A stretch of 52,700 nt of DNA from a virus: IMG/VR virus record IMGVR_UViG_3300046396_000007, positions 1-52,700 of that record; one strand, written 5' to 3'. The position numbers and the translations under genes were made by a program. Shown in pieces: positions 1-8,551 of this stretch; the first letter of the stretch is position 1, and each line of letters opens with the position of its first letter. The notes under the pieces were generated by a model. That model saw only the letters and a program-made list of their open reading frames with translations, had not been told where the DNA came from and made no database searches.

Positions 1-103
1 AACGGCGATGCGCGGGTTTCCGGCGATGCATGGGTTTCCGGCAATGCGCAGGTTTACGGCGATGCATGGGTTTCCGGCGATGCATGGGTTTCCGGCAATG
101 CGC
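1..103. repeat. Terminal direct repeat, identical to 52598..52700 (circular closure or terminal redundancy)
   Basis: Base-by-base comparison of 1-103 with 52598-52700 shows 103/103 identical. Confidence 0.95.
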
Positions 104-231
104 AGGTTTACGGCGATGCATGGGTTTCCGGCAATGCGCAGGTTTACGGCGATGCGCGGGTTTCCGGCGATGCGCAGGTTTCCGGCGATGCATGGGTTTC
201 CGGCAATGCGCAGGTTTACGGCGATGCATGG
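1..231 (+). repeat. Tandem 18-nt (36-nt super-unit) coding repeat: ggcgatgcatgggtttcc / ggcaatgcgcaggtttac
   Basis: Direct reading shows about 13 consecutive 18-nt units with few substitutions. 21 of the 36 nt in the super-unit are G/C, against an AT-rich genome. Confidence 0.95.
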
Positions 232-519
232 GTGCAATCAAATAATGATTATTGTTGCTTTCAAAATTTCGGATCAGAAAACAGAACCACTACATTTTAT
301 CGAACCGAAACAAAGGATATAATACAAGTAACTTGCGGATGCTTTCAAGGCACTTTAACTCAATTCAAAGATCAAGTAATAACAACACACGGCAATAATG
401 TATTTGCTCGGGCTTATTTAGCTATTATAACTATAGTTGCTATTAAGTTTGACATTGAGCATGCTTTTCAATCTCAAGATGAAAACACCGAACAAAGTGA
501 AAATTTAAATGAGAAGTAA
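1..519 (+). CDS. 3' part of a wrap-around gene: hexapeptide-repeat (left-handed beta-helix-like) protein. It joins 52457..52700 across the contig ends, about 219 aa in total.
   Basis: Frame 1 is open from base 1 to TAA 517-519. It reads NGDARVS GDAWVS GNAQVY ... (13 six-residue repeats), then a non-repeat tail ...GCFQGTLTQFKDQVITTHG... The 103-nt end identity puts it in frame with the ATG at 52457. Track ORFs 8..322 and 30..245 are the other two frames of the same repeat. Confidence 0.8.
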   Translation, partial: NGDARVSGDAWVSGNAQVYGDAWVSGDAWVSGNAQVYGDAWVSGNAQVYGDARVSGDAQVSGDAWVSGNAQVYGDAWVQSNNDYCCFQNFGSENRTTTFYRTETKDIIQVTCGCFQGTLTQFKDQVITTHGNNVFARAYLAIITIVAIKFDIEHAFQSQDENTEQSENLNEK

Positions 520-716
520 TGCCCGAAATAGCCAAAATAACCCTACTCGAAAAGCCTGAAAAATCAGAATCAGGCAAAGCGCGTCTTTTCAAGGTAAAAG
601 ATCAGGGTGATTACTGGATACCTGAAACTTATTTTTTCGGTTATAATCCGGCAACTAAACAGGCTGAAGTTGAGACCTGGATTTTACATCAAAAAGGAAT
701 TAAATATAAAGTATGA
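519..716 (+). CDS. hypothetical protein (65 aa)
   Basis: ORF track. The ATG overlaps the upstream TAA (TAATG). Confidence 0.6.
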   Translation: MPEIAKITLLEKPEKSESGKARLFKVKDQGDYWIPETYFFGYNPATKQAEVETWILHQKGIKYKV

Positions 717-845
717 AACACCGCAGCATCCAACACACCATAACGCCTCCGACATATAGGCCACAAACATGCCCGAAAAAATTAACAGACGGGCTGAACA
801 AATGGTATGAGTATATTCATATGGAAAATAAAAAGTTGAAATAAT

Positions 846-1235
846 ATGGAAAAGAAAATAGCAATTAAGATTAAGAATGAGCGACAATTTAGGATATTAA
901 TGCAACATTACAGAGATAGGGGATTTTACCCTGGTAGTAATTGCGAGTTGCATGAATTAGATTATAATTCATGCTTGGCAGTAGGATATGAAAATAATTT
1001 TAATTCTATTTATTCCGAACATGAATTAAATAAATATACTATTCTTAACTTCCACCAATTTGCCTCAATAGTTGGCATAGAATTGCTGCCTGAGGAAATA
1101 ATGATAGATATGGAGCCATGCGCAAAAGAAACTGCGACCGTTACTAAAGATGCTGTTGAGTTCTCAGGTCATATTTGTCAGTTGTCAGCATATTTAATTG
1201 AAGAAATATACACCGCTTACAAATCACTTCAGTAA
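846..1235 (+). CDS. hypothetical protein (129 aa)
   Basis: ORF track with an ATG start. Its stop overlaps the next ATG (TAATG at 1233-1237). Confidence 0.65.
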   Translation: MEKKIAIKIKNERQFRILMQHYRDRGFYPGSNCELHELDYNSCLAVGYENNFNSIYSEHELNKYTILNFHQFASIVGIELLPEEIMIDMEPCAKETATVTKDAVEFSGHICQLSAYLIEEIYTAYKSLQ

Positions 1236-1474
1236 TGAGCGCACATCGCCAACAAAGCAAAGATTTACGCGATATGATTCAGTCCGATAGGATAAAGTTT
1301 GCAATAAATCAATTTGAAAAAAGAGGTGTAAAACTTGAATACTAGGATGAAAAAGAAATTTGGTTTTATTGGAAAGGATCACGCGTTACTTTCTTTCCTT
1401 TCACTGGATGGCATAGCGGCAAATCTATAAAAGACGGTCGCGGATTAATGGAATTATTAAATCAATTAAAATAA
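1235..1474 (+). CDS. small protein with an in-frame TAG at 1343-1345 (36 aa + TAG + 42 aa)
   Basis: ATG 1235 reads MSAHRQQSKDLRDMIQSDRIKFAINQFEKRGVKLEY, then TAG, then DEKEIWFYWKGSRVTFFPFTGWHSGKSIKDGRGLMELLNQLK, then TAA 1472-1474. Both ends are TAATG overlaps with neighbouring genes. The 42 codons after the TAG contain no early in-frame start codon. Confidence 0.5.
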
Positions 1475-2808
1475 TGGAAAAACCAACCACCGAAATCCAA
1501 CTAACGCACCCCGAGGTCATTCCCAACGAACTGCAAACCATAGCCGAAAAATCAGGCTTGGTAATTACGGAGGCGCAAGGCATAGCGATTAAGTTTGCTC
1601 CGTACATGGCTACGGTAAACGAATACGCGCAATTAATCGCCAAGATTGAGAAAACTAATCCGACCGAAGTGGATGCAAAATTAGCGCGTGAATACCGGCT
1701 AAAACTTGTCGCTAATCGAGGTAAAAACGGGATGGATATAGTTCACACCGAATGTAAAGCCGGGGTAATTGTTAAAGGCAAGCTGATCGATAACCTGTAT
1801 AATTTGGTTGAAAATTCATCTAAGCTATCTGAATTAGAGGCTGAAGCAATTGAGAAGCACCAGGAACGGTTAGAGGAAAAACGTAAAACAGAAGTTGCAG
1901 CGGGCCGCATTGAATTACTATTGCCTTTCGGGACTGATACTACTTATCTTCCATTGAATATAATGACGGATGAACAGTTTGATCGGTTGCTTGCTAATGA
2001 ATCATTGCTATTTACTACCAGGCAAGAGGTCGAGGCTAAGGCGGAAAGAGAACGTGTTGAGGCTGAAAGGTTGGCGGAAGAGAAAAGGTTAGCTGATGAA
2101 CAAAAAGAGCGCGAAAGGTTAGAGGCTGAACGTGTTGAAGCGGAACGTATCCGAATTGAGCTTGAAAGGATTGAAAACGAAAAGAAAGCCGAAATTGAGG
2201 CTGCTCACAAACAAGCCGCTATTTATATCGAGCAACTTTTACAGGATGGATTTACCGAAGATGAAGGGGGTGACCTTTGGTCAAAACAAGGCAGCTGGAC
2301 TATAGGATATTCAGATCTATTTAAAAGCACACCTGATGAATTTGCAACCACTGTTAAGCGTATTAATGATTGGATTATTGAGCGCAATGCAATGGAAGCC
2401 GAAGAGAAGCGCCACGCCGCTGAATTAAAAGCCGCTAATGATTTGGCTGAAAAACAACGCGCTGAAAACGCCGCCAAACTTGCCGAACAACAACGACTTG
2501 CCAAAATCGAATCTGACAAACAAGCCAAATTATTAGCAGATCAAAAAGCTGCATCCGATAAACTTGCCGCTGAATTAAAGGTCAAAAAAGATGAAGAAAT
2601 TCGAATTGCTAATGAAAAAATAGCAGCAGAAAAACAGGCCCTTATCGCACCGGACAAAGACAAAATAAACGCGCTTGACCTGGCTATTAAAAATATCGCT
2701 ATCCCTGAATTTAAAACTCCGGAGGCTAAAAAGATCGGTAGTAAAGTTCAGGAGTTGCTTAATGGGGTGTTAGATGAAATAAAGGAGCAGAGTAAGAATT
2801 TAAAATAA
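1474..2808 (+). CDS. coiled-coil protein of the recombination module (444 aa, E/R/K/A-rich centre)
   Basis: ORF track. Contains a long ERERVEAERLAEEKRLADEQKERERLEAERVEAERIRIELERIENEKK stretch. It lies directly upstream of recT. Confidence 0.7.
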   Translation: MEKPTTEIQLTHPEVIPNELQTIAEKSGLVITEAQGIAIKFAPYMATVNEYAQLIAKIEKTNPTEVDAKLAREYRLKLVANRGKNGMDIVHTECKAGVIVKGKLIDNLYNLVENSSKLSELEAEAIEKHQERLEEKRKTEVAAGRIELLLPFGTDTTYLPLNIMTDEQFDRLLANESLLFTTRQEVEAKAERERVEAERLAEEKRLADEQKERERLEAERVEAERIRIELERIENEKKAEIEAAHKQAAIYIEQLLQDGFTEDEGGDLWSKQGSWTIGYSDLFKSTPDEFATTVKRINDWIIERNAMEAEEKRHAAELKAANDLAEKQRAENAAKLAEQQRLAKIESDKQAKLLADQKAASDKLAAELKVKKDEEIRIANEKIAAEKQALIAPDKDKINALDLAIKNIAIPEFKTPEAKKIGSKVQELLNGVLDEIKEQSKNLK

Positions 2809-2815
2809 AAATCAT

Positions 2816-3760
2816 ATGTCAAAAACAAACACAGCGGTTCAACCCGCACAAAATCAGACTCCTGCACCCGTTGAGCCAAAAACAGCAAAATCATTATTCA
2901 ATCAGGATAATGTAAAAACCCGTTTCGCTGAAATATTGGGTAAAAAATCAGTTGGCTTTATCGCTTCCGTGCTGCAATGTACTGCGCAAAATTCATCACT
3001 TGCAAAAGCAGATCCAAACAGTATACTACAGGCTGCAATGATAGCAGCAACACTTGATTTACCAATTAATGCAAACTTAGGATTTGCTTACATTATACCT
3101 TATGATAATTCGATAAAGGATAAAGACGGCAATTGGCAGAAAATAACACAGGGGCAATTCCAGGTCGGATGGCGCGGATTTGTGCAGCTTGCACAACGAT
3201 CCGGACAATACCTTAAAATCAATGTTGTGGAGGTGTTTCAAAATCAATTCAAATCTTACAATACACTTACCGAGGAGCTAGATGCTGACTTTAGTATTGA
3301 TGGGGAAGGCGACATTGTTGGATATGTAGCTTACTTTAAACTTCTTAACGGCTTTGAAAAAACTGTTTATTGGAGTAAAGCAAAAGTAACCGCGCACGCT
3401 CAAAAATACTCAAAGGCTTTTTCATCACAATACGGGAAATCCCCATGGAAAGACGTTGATCAATTTCATGAGATGGCTAAAAAAACCGTTTTGAAAAACA
3501 CGCTATCCAAATGGGGGCCGTTATCAATCGAGATGCAAACTGCCATGAAAACAGACCAGGCAGTTATCAAAGATGCTGACACGCAGGATATTGATTATTC
3601 AGACGTTGAGCCCTTGCAAATTGAAGATCCTGAAAATAAACGTTTCGGCCTGATGGTTGATGATTGTAAAACAGTTGCTGAACTTGAAAAACTACGAGAT
3701 AGTATTTCAAATGATGTGCAAAACGATTTGTATAACCAACAGTTAAACGCCTTGTCATAA
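2816..3760 (+). CDS. recT: RecT-family single-strand annealing recombinase
   Basis: Segments ...LGFAYIIPY..., QFQVGWRGFVQLAQRSGQYLKINVVEVF and SPWKD...MAKKTVLKNTLSKWGPLS match the RecT family pattern as I recall it. Confidence 0.85.
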   Translation: MSKTNTAVQPAQNQTPAPVEPKTAKSLFNQDNVKTRFAEILGKKSVGFIASVLQCTAQNSSLAKADPNSILQAAMIAATLDLPINANLGFAYIIPYDNSIKDKDGNWQKITQGQFQVGWRGFVQLAQRSGQYLKINVVEVFQNQFKSYNTLTEELDADFSIDGEGDIVGYVAYFKLLNGFEKTVYWSKAKVTAHAQKYSKAFSSQYGKSPWKDVDQFHEMAKKTVLKNTLSKWGPLSIEMQTAMKTDQAVIKDADTQDIDYSDVEPLQIEDPENKRFGLMVDDCKTVAELEKLRDSISNDVQNDLYNQQLNALS

Positions 3761-3767
3761 TCATTAT

Positions 3768-4685
3768 ATGAAGTTTGATAATTATTTATTCAGATGCTCC
3801 GCGCTGGGGCATCTGATGGAAAAGCCGGATGGCAAAACAAATCTCGATATTTATTTAGCTTCAAAAGCTAAATACGATCAGAGGGTTACTGAATTGGATG
3901 CGCTGCCTAAATACGATAAAAAGACGGGACTTGTCATAATGAAGTCTTGGGAAAACAAAAAGGCCGCTGTTGATCGTGAATGGATGGCTATGGACTACGC
4001 AGAAAAACATAAGGATGATGTTCAGTTATCCATCGGGGCAAAAACACATTTGATGGATATTTATATATCTGAAAAATATGGGCGAAAAACAGATATTACC
4101 AATAAGTATGTTGAAAAAGGATTAACTGTTGAAGAGGATGGAATAACCATTTATAGCCGCATAAAAAAGGTATTTTTCCGAAAGAATGAAACGCACCTTA
4201 AAAACCTTTTTATTAAAGGAACACCTGATAGTTTTATCGGAAAGTCAATCCACGAAGCGGATGAAATACCGGATATTAAATGTTCTTGGAATATTTACAC
4301 ATTTTTGCGGACATTTACCAAAGATATAAATACGCTTTATTATTGGCAGGGTGTAGGCTATATGTGGCTTACAGGAGCAAAAAGATTTAACTTGGCATAT
4401 TGCCTTGTAAATACACCAACCCCGCTTATAGAGGCTGAAAAACGATCATTGTGGTATAAGTTGGGTCAGCCCGAAAATGATAACTCAAATTTCATTGATG
4501 CCTGTAATGAATTGGAAAAATCAATGCTTTATGACGATATTCCGCTAAATGAAAAATTGCTTGAATATTCAATCGAACGCCGCGAGGAAGATATTGAACT
4601 ATTAAAGAAAAAGATCATTGCAGCCAGGGCTTATTTGAATGAACTACACGAATTATTAACGGTTAAATTTTCACAAGCAGCATAA
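3768..4685 (+). CDS. PD-(D/E)XK recombination exonuclease (YqaJ/lambda-Exo-like partner of RecT)
   Basis: Lies immediately downstream of recT. Contains GTPDSFIG ... ADEIPDIKCSWN, a D...D/E-x-K nuclease motif. Confidence 0.65.
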   Translation: MKFDNYLFRCSALGHLMEKPDGKTNLDIYLASKAKYDQRVTELDALPKYDKKTGLVIMKSWENKKAAVDREWMAMDYAEKHKDDVQLSIGAKTHLMDIYISEKYGRKTDITNKYVEKGLTVEEDGITIYSRIKKVFFRKNETHLKNLFIKGTPDSFIGKSIHEADEIPDIKCSWNIYTFLRTFTKDINTLYYWQGVGYMWLTGAKRFNLAYCLVNTPTPLIEAEKRSLWYKLGQPENDNSNFIDACNELEKSMLYDDIPLNEKLLEYSIERREEDIELLKKKIIAARAYLNELHELLTVKFSQAA

Positions 4686-4687
4686 CC

Positions 4688-4855
4688 ATGACCACCCATC
4701 AACGCATACAAGCCCTGCTCAACTTAGGCATGACGTATAATGAGCAACGCCGGGATTTCACAGGCCAGAATGGTAAGATCGATCACGATATGGTTATCTA
4801 TCATTCGGATAATGATTTTGAGAAAAAATTAAGTAAATTAAAGGAGAAGAAATGA
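4688..4855 (+). CDS. hypothetical small protein (55 aa)
   Basis: ATG 4688 reads MTTHQRIQALLNLGMTYNEQRRDF...KLKEKK. Its TGA overlaps the next ATG (ATGA). It is below the track's size cut-off. Confidence 0.5.
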   Translation: MTTHQRIQALLNLGMTYNEQRRDFTGQNGKIDHDMVIYHSDNDFEKKLSKLKEKK

Positions 4856-5106
4856 AAACAGAAATAAGGGGCGCATCATTAGTTGCGTTCGAGAAAATAA
4901 TAAGCGATATTGATTCTGCCGCATACGATGCCGGAATTAAACAGGGTAAAATTGATGGCGAAGAGGAATATAAACAATCTCTTGATCGCGAATTTGAAAA
5001 ATCAAACCATGACTTTGTTGTTGAAAAATTCAGCGACTGTAAAACATTGGCAGATTTTACCGAAACATTTAACGAATTACGTAACCGCTCTTATAACTTC
5101 ATGTAG
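4852..5106 (+). CDS. hypothetical protein (84 aa)
   Basis: ORF track. Ends in TAG 5104-5106, directly abutting the clamp ATG in the same frame. Confidence 0.6.
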   Translation: MKTEIRGASLVAFEKIISDIDSAAYDAGIKQGKIDGEEEYKQSLDREFEKSNHDFVVEKFSDCKTLADFTETFNELRNRSYNFM

Positions 5107-6192
5107 ATGCAAATTAAAATCCAACAATCCCAATTATCCGAAGCCTTGAAACTAATATCAAAGGCGGTTAGTCAAAATAATATTATTCCGGCAGCTTCAT
5201 GCATCAGGTTTAAAACAGATGGCAATCAGCTCGAATTATCGAGTTGTAATATGCAAGTTTCAATGCAAACTACAATACCATGTGAGGCTACCGAAAACAA
5301 CGATGGTATCATTCAGTCAGGGTTATTAATCGAAACTATTTCATCATTGGCAGGTCAGTCTGTAACCTTTAATATCGATGGTGGTATAGTTACCATCATT
5401 CACAATTCAGGCACATGTGAGATGCCAATTGAACCAGGGGGCGACTTTCCGAAAATTATCATCGATACCGATAAAGAAGCAAAAATGCAATCCGCTGATT
5501 TGTTTGAGGCAATTTATTCAACTGCTTATGCCAGATATTTAGATGAAACGAATTTAAAGTTTACAGGATTGCAAGTTGATTTCGCAAAGGATAATGCGAC
5601 ATTTGTGGCGTGTAACTTAGTGCTATTATCGGCATTCAATGTGCCTGGCAAATTTAAACCAGGTGGTTTATTAATGCCAAAGCATGTAACAGACGTTTTA
5701 GCTAGTCTCACATTTCAATCTGAATGCACTATTAAGTATTCGGATAAAAGCATTGGTTTCGAGTTTGAAAATGGATTGATAATAAAATCAATGCTTATCG
5801 ATGACAAATATCCTGATTGGCGATCAATCGTGCCTAAAAATGATATTATGTGCACTGTGAACCGGGCCGAATTAGTAAGTTCATTAAAGCGAGTTATTAA
5901 GTTCTCTCCTATCAAAATTAAGATCGTTTCTATTTATGCTTCGGCTGGTAAATTTGAGGTTCAATCATCAGATATGAACATGAAGCAATCGGCAAAGGAA
6001 ACCATTAACGCTAATATGACTACCGACTTAATGATTAATATCAATATTAACGGTGGTGAACTTATAGCAGCTTTATCTCACATGGATAGTGAAAACGTGA
6101 CTTTTTTATATAGTAACCAGGAAACCGCAATGCTTATAAAAGAAGATCTGGAAAATGAAAATTTTGTAAGTATAATGCCGCTGAAAGTGTAG
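5107..6192 (+). CDS. dnaN: DNA polymerase III beta sliding-clamp homologue
   Basis: 361 aa. The N-terminus MQIKIQQSQLSEALKLISKAVSQNNIIPAASCIRFKTDGNQLELSSCNMQ... and ...GGDFP... follow the DnaN pattern. The stop is TAG followed immediately by TAA. Confidence 0.8.
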   Translation: MQIKIQQSQLSEALKLISKAVSQNNIIPAASCIRFKTDGNQLELSSCNMQVSMQTTIPCEATENNDGIIQSGLLIETISSLAGQSVTFNIDGGIVTIIHNSGTCEMPIEPGGDFPKIIIDTDKEAKMQSADLFEAIYSTAYARYLDETNLKFTGLQVDFAKDNATFVACNLVLLSAFNVPGKFKPGGLLMPKHVTDVLASLTFQSECTIKYSDKSIGFEFENGLIIKSMLIDDKYPDWRSIVPKNDIMCTVNRAELVSSLKRVIKFSPIKIKIVSIYASAGKFEVQSSDMNMKQSAKETINANMTTDLMINININGGELIAALSHMDSENVTFLYSNQETAMLIKEDLENENFVSIMPLKV

Positions 6193-6203
6193 TAATTTAG
6201 TTG

Positions 6204-6211
6204 TATATTTG
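6204..6211 (+). promoter_or_regulatory. candidate Bacteroidota -7 box TATATTTG
   Basis: Exact match to TAnnTTTG. No clear TTTG -33 element upstream. Confidence 0.35.
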
Positions 6212-6248
6212 TTTATCAGCGTTGCAGGCTGAACAGAAAACATTAAAC

Positions 6249-6302
6249 GTCCTAATTGGGGAGGCTCTGCAACGGCTAACCCAGTTAGGACTTCTTTATT
6301 TT
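6249..6302 (+). terminator. intrinsic-terminator-like hairpin plus T-tract directly before the ATG at 6303
   Basis: gtcctaattgg (6249-6259) pairs with ccagttaggac (6281-6291): 11 bp with one G-U. It is followed by ttctttatttta. Confidence 0.6.
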
Positions 6303-8534
6303 ATGGAAAAATTATCTTACGAACAATTAATCGAACAAAAAAGAATTAAGCCCAAATTATCTGGATTTGAAGTTGAAGAAAATGCGCTACACGGATTGCT
6401 TTTTGATTTTCAAAAATACTGTACCCGATTAGCGTTAAGACATGGGCGATACGCCTTATTTGAAGATTGTGGTCTTGGTAAAACATTTCAGGGATCCGAG
6501 TGGGTGACAAAAATAACCAATCACATACAACGGCCTTGTATTTCAGTTGCTCCGCTGGCTGTGGTTGATCAAACAATTCAAGAGGGTGTTAGATTTGGTT
6601 ACGATATTCGCGAAGCAAAAAAAGGCTCTGATTACCCCTTTCAAATTACAAATTACGAACAACTCGACAATATTAACCCCGATGATTACGGCGCTATATG
6701 GCTGGATGAAAGTTCCATTCTGAAAAACGAAACTGGCGCGTATCGTAACAAATTAATCAAAGGCTTTGAAAACCATCAATTCAAACTTTGCACCACCGCA
6801 ACACCCTCTCCTAATGATCCAATGGAATTAGGTAACCATAGCGAATTTTTAAATATTATGCCATATAATGAAATGCTGGCTATGTTCTTTACGCATGATG
6901 GTAGTGACACTTCAAAGTGGAAAATTAAAGGACATGCTAAACAGCGTTTTTATGAATGGGTTAATTCATGGGCTATTATGCTTAGCAACCCTGCCGATAT
7001 TGGTTTTTCAGCAACTGGATATGATTTACCAGCGCTTAATTTTATTGAGAAACAAATCAAAACCCCAAAACGGGATAATGGTAAAATATTCAATGATACC
7101 GCTGTTAGTGCGACTAATATTAATAGTGAGTTTCGTTTGACGGTTGTGCCGCGTCTGGAAATGGTTAAAGAAATTATAGATACTAAACCGGGCGAAGCAT
7201 TTTCAATTTGGATTAAACACAAGGCGGAGGGTGAATCGTTACGCAAATTACTACCAGATGCTATAGAAGTATCTGGCGAACACAAACCTGAATATAAAAA
7301 GAAAATGCTATTAGCATTCGGTAAAGATGAGTTTCAATTCATTATAACCAAAAGTAAGATAGCTAGTTTCGGCTTGAACTGGCAAAACTGCCACAACGCA
7401 ATCGCAGCTACTGTTGGATTTGGTTTTGAAGAAATATACCAGCTAATAAGGCGACATTATCGTTTCGGTCAAAAGCATGATGTTAATCTTTGGATTATTA
7501 CTACAGACACGATGCAGAACGTTATTCAATCAATTAACAAAAAAATTAAAAACCATATTGAAATGCAAAAAGGTATGACCAAAGCCCATCTAAAGCAAAT
7601 GGCAATTGAAAAAGGCGAAGAACCAAAAGAGCAAATGCAATCGTACAAAGGTAAAAACTTTGAAGTTTACCGCGGAAACTGCGTGAAATTAATCAATAAT
7701 TTAGCCGATAATTCAATCGGATTTTCAATGTTTTCTCCGCCCTTCCCTACATTATATGTATATTCAAACCATGATGAAGACATGGGTAATAATAAAGACT
7801 TTAATAAATTTAAACAGGAATTTCAATATATGGTTGCGCCTTTATTTAACAAGATGCAAGCCGGGCGTAATGTTGTTGTTCACTGCCAGGATTTGCCAAT
7901 TCAAAAGGGTAAAGAGGGATATATCGGATTACGCGACTTCAGTGGAATGATACTTGATACTTTTATTGATGCCGGGTTTATTTACCATTCCCGCGTTACG
8001 CTATGGAAAAACCCTGTTATTGAAATGACGCGGACACATGCATTAGGTTTATTACATGCTCAAATTAAAAAAGACGCTGGAATGAGCCGAGTTGGTTTAC
8101 CTGATTATTTATTAGTTTTTCGTAAACCAGGCGAACATGAAAACCCGGTTAAGCACCAGGATACTGACCCTAACGGCCCAAACTTCATGAACGTTGACAT
8201 GTGGCAAAAAATAGCATCACCGGTTTGGTTTGATGTTAACTTTAGTGAAACACTCAATTTAAAAGGCTCAAAAGATGCTGATGATGAAGCTCACATATGC
8301 CCTTTATCATTGGACACTATAGGTAGGGCTACATTGTTATGGAGCAATCCTGGCGACCTTTGTTATACTCCATTTGGAGGCATAGGTTCAGAGCCTTTTA
8401 AATGGCTTGAAATGGGGCGAAAGGCTATTGCAAATGAATTAAAGGAATCGTACTTTAATATTCATATTAAAAACTGCAAGGCGCAAGAGGTTGCTGTTGA
8501 GGCTGGCAAAAGGCAAATGTTAATGTTTAGTTGA
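6303..8534 (+). CDS. SNF2-family helicase fused to an N6-adenine/N4-cytosine DNA methyltransferase
   Basis: Helicase motifs seen: DCGLGKT, WLDESS, TTATPSPND, RRHYRFGQ. The C-terminal half has SPPF (FSMFSPPFPTLY), then later TPFGGIGSE (FxGxG), which is the beta-class motif order. ATG at 6303 is preferred over the track's TTG at 6201. Confidence 0.8.
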   Translation: MEKLSYEQLIEQKRIKPKLSGFEVEENALHGLLFDFQKYCTRLALRHGRYALFEDCGLGKTFQGSEWVTKITNHIQRPCISVAPLAVVDQTIQEGVRFGYDIREAKKGSDYPFQITNYEQLDNINPDDYGAIWLDESSILKNETGAYRNKLIKGFENHQFKLCTTATPSPNDPMELGNHSEFLNIMPYNEMLAMFFTHDGSDTSKWKIKGHAKQRFYEWVNSWAIMLSNPADIGFSATGYDLPALNFIEKQIKTPKRDNGKIFNDTAVSATNINSEFRLTVVPRLEMVKEIIDTKPGEAFSIWIKHKAEGESLRKLLPDAIEVSGEHKPEYKKKMLLAFGKDEFQFIITKSKIASFGLNWQNCHNAIAATVGFGFEEIYQLIRRHYRFGQKHDVNLWIITTDTMQNVIQSINKKIKNHIEMQKGMTKAHLKQMAIEKGEEPKEQMQSYKGKNFEVYRGNCVKLINNLADNSIGFSMFSPPFPTLYVYSNHDEDMGNNKDFNKFKQEFQYMVAPLFNKMQAGRNVVVHCQDLPIQKGKEGYIGLRDFSGMILDTFIDAGFIYHSRVTLWKNPVIEMTRTHALGLLHAQIKKDAGMSRVGLPDYLLVFRKPGEHENPVKHQDTDPNGPNFMNVDMWQKIASPVWFDVNFSETLNLKGSKDADDEAHICPLSLDTIGRATLLWSNPGDLCYTPFGGIGSEPFKWLEMGRKAIANELKESYFNIHIKNCKAQEVAVEAGKRQMLMFS

Positions 8535-8551
8535 TTATTAATAGAAATGCA

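Noticed and set aside
1-231. Possible CRISPR array or non-coding satellite at the window start and end
   Set aside because: The 18-nt units are contiguous with no spacers. They translate into a regular hexapeptide repeat within a complete ORF, so this is a coding tandem repeat.
8-322. Track ORFs 8..322 and 30..245 (MRGFPAMHGFPAM..., MGFRQCAGLRRC...)
   Set aside because: They are the two alternative frames of the 18-nt tandem repeat. Frame 1 (GDAWVS GNAQVY...) is the frame that joins in phase to the ATG at 52457 and continues into the non-repeat C-terminus ending at 519.
5104-5109. Treating 4852..5106 plus 5107..6192 as one gene split by TAG
   Set aside because: The clamp begins with its own ATG and a canonical DnaN-like N-terminus immediately after the TAG, so two adjacent genes is the simpler reading. 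The in-frame abutment is noted only as a side remark.
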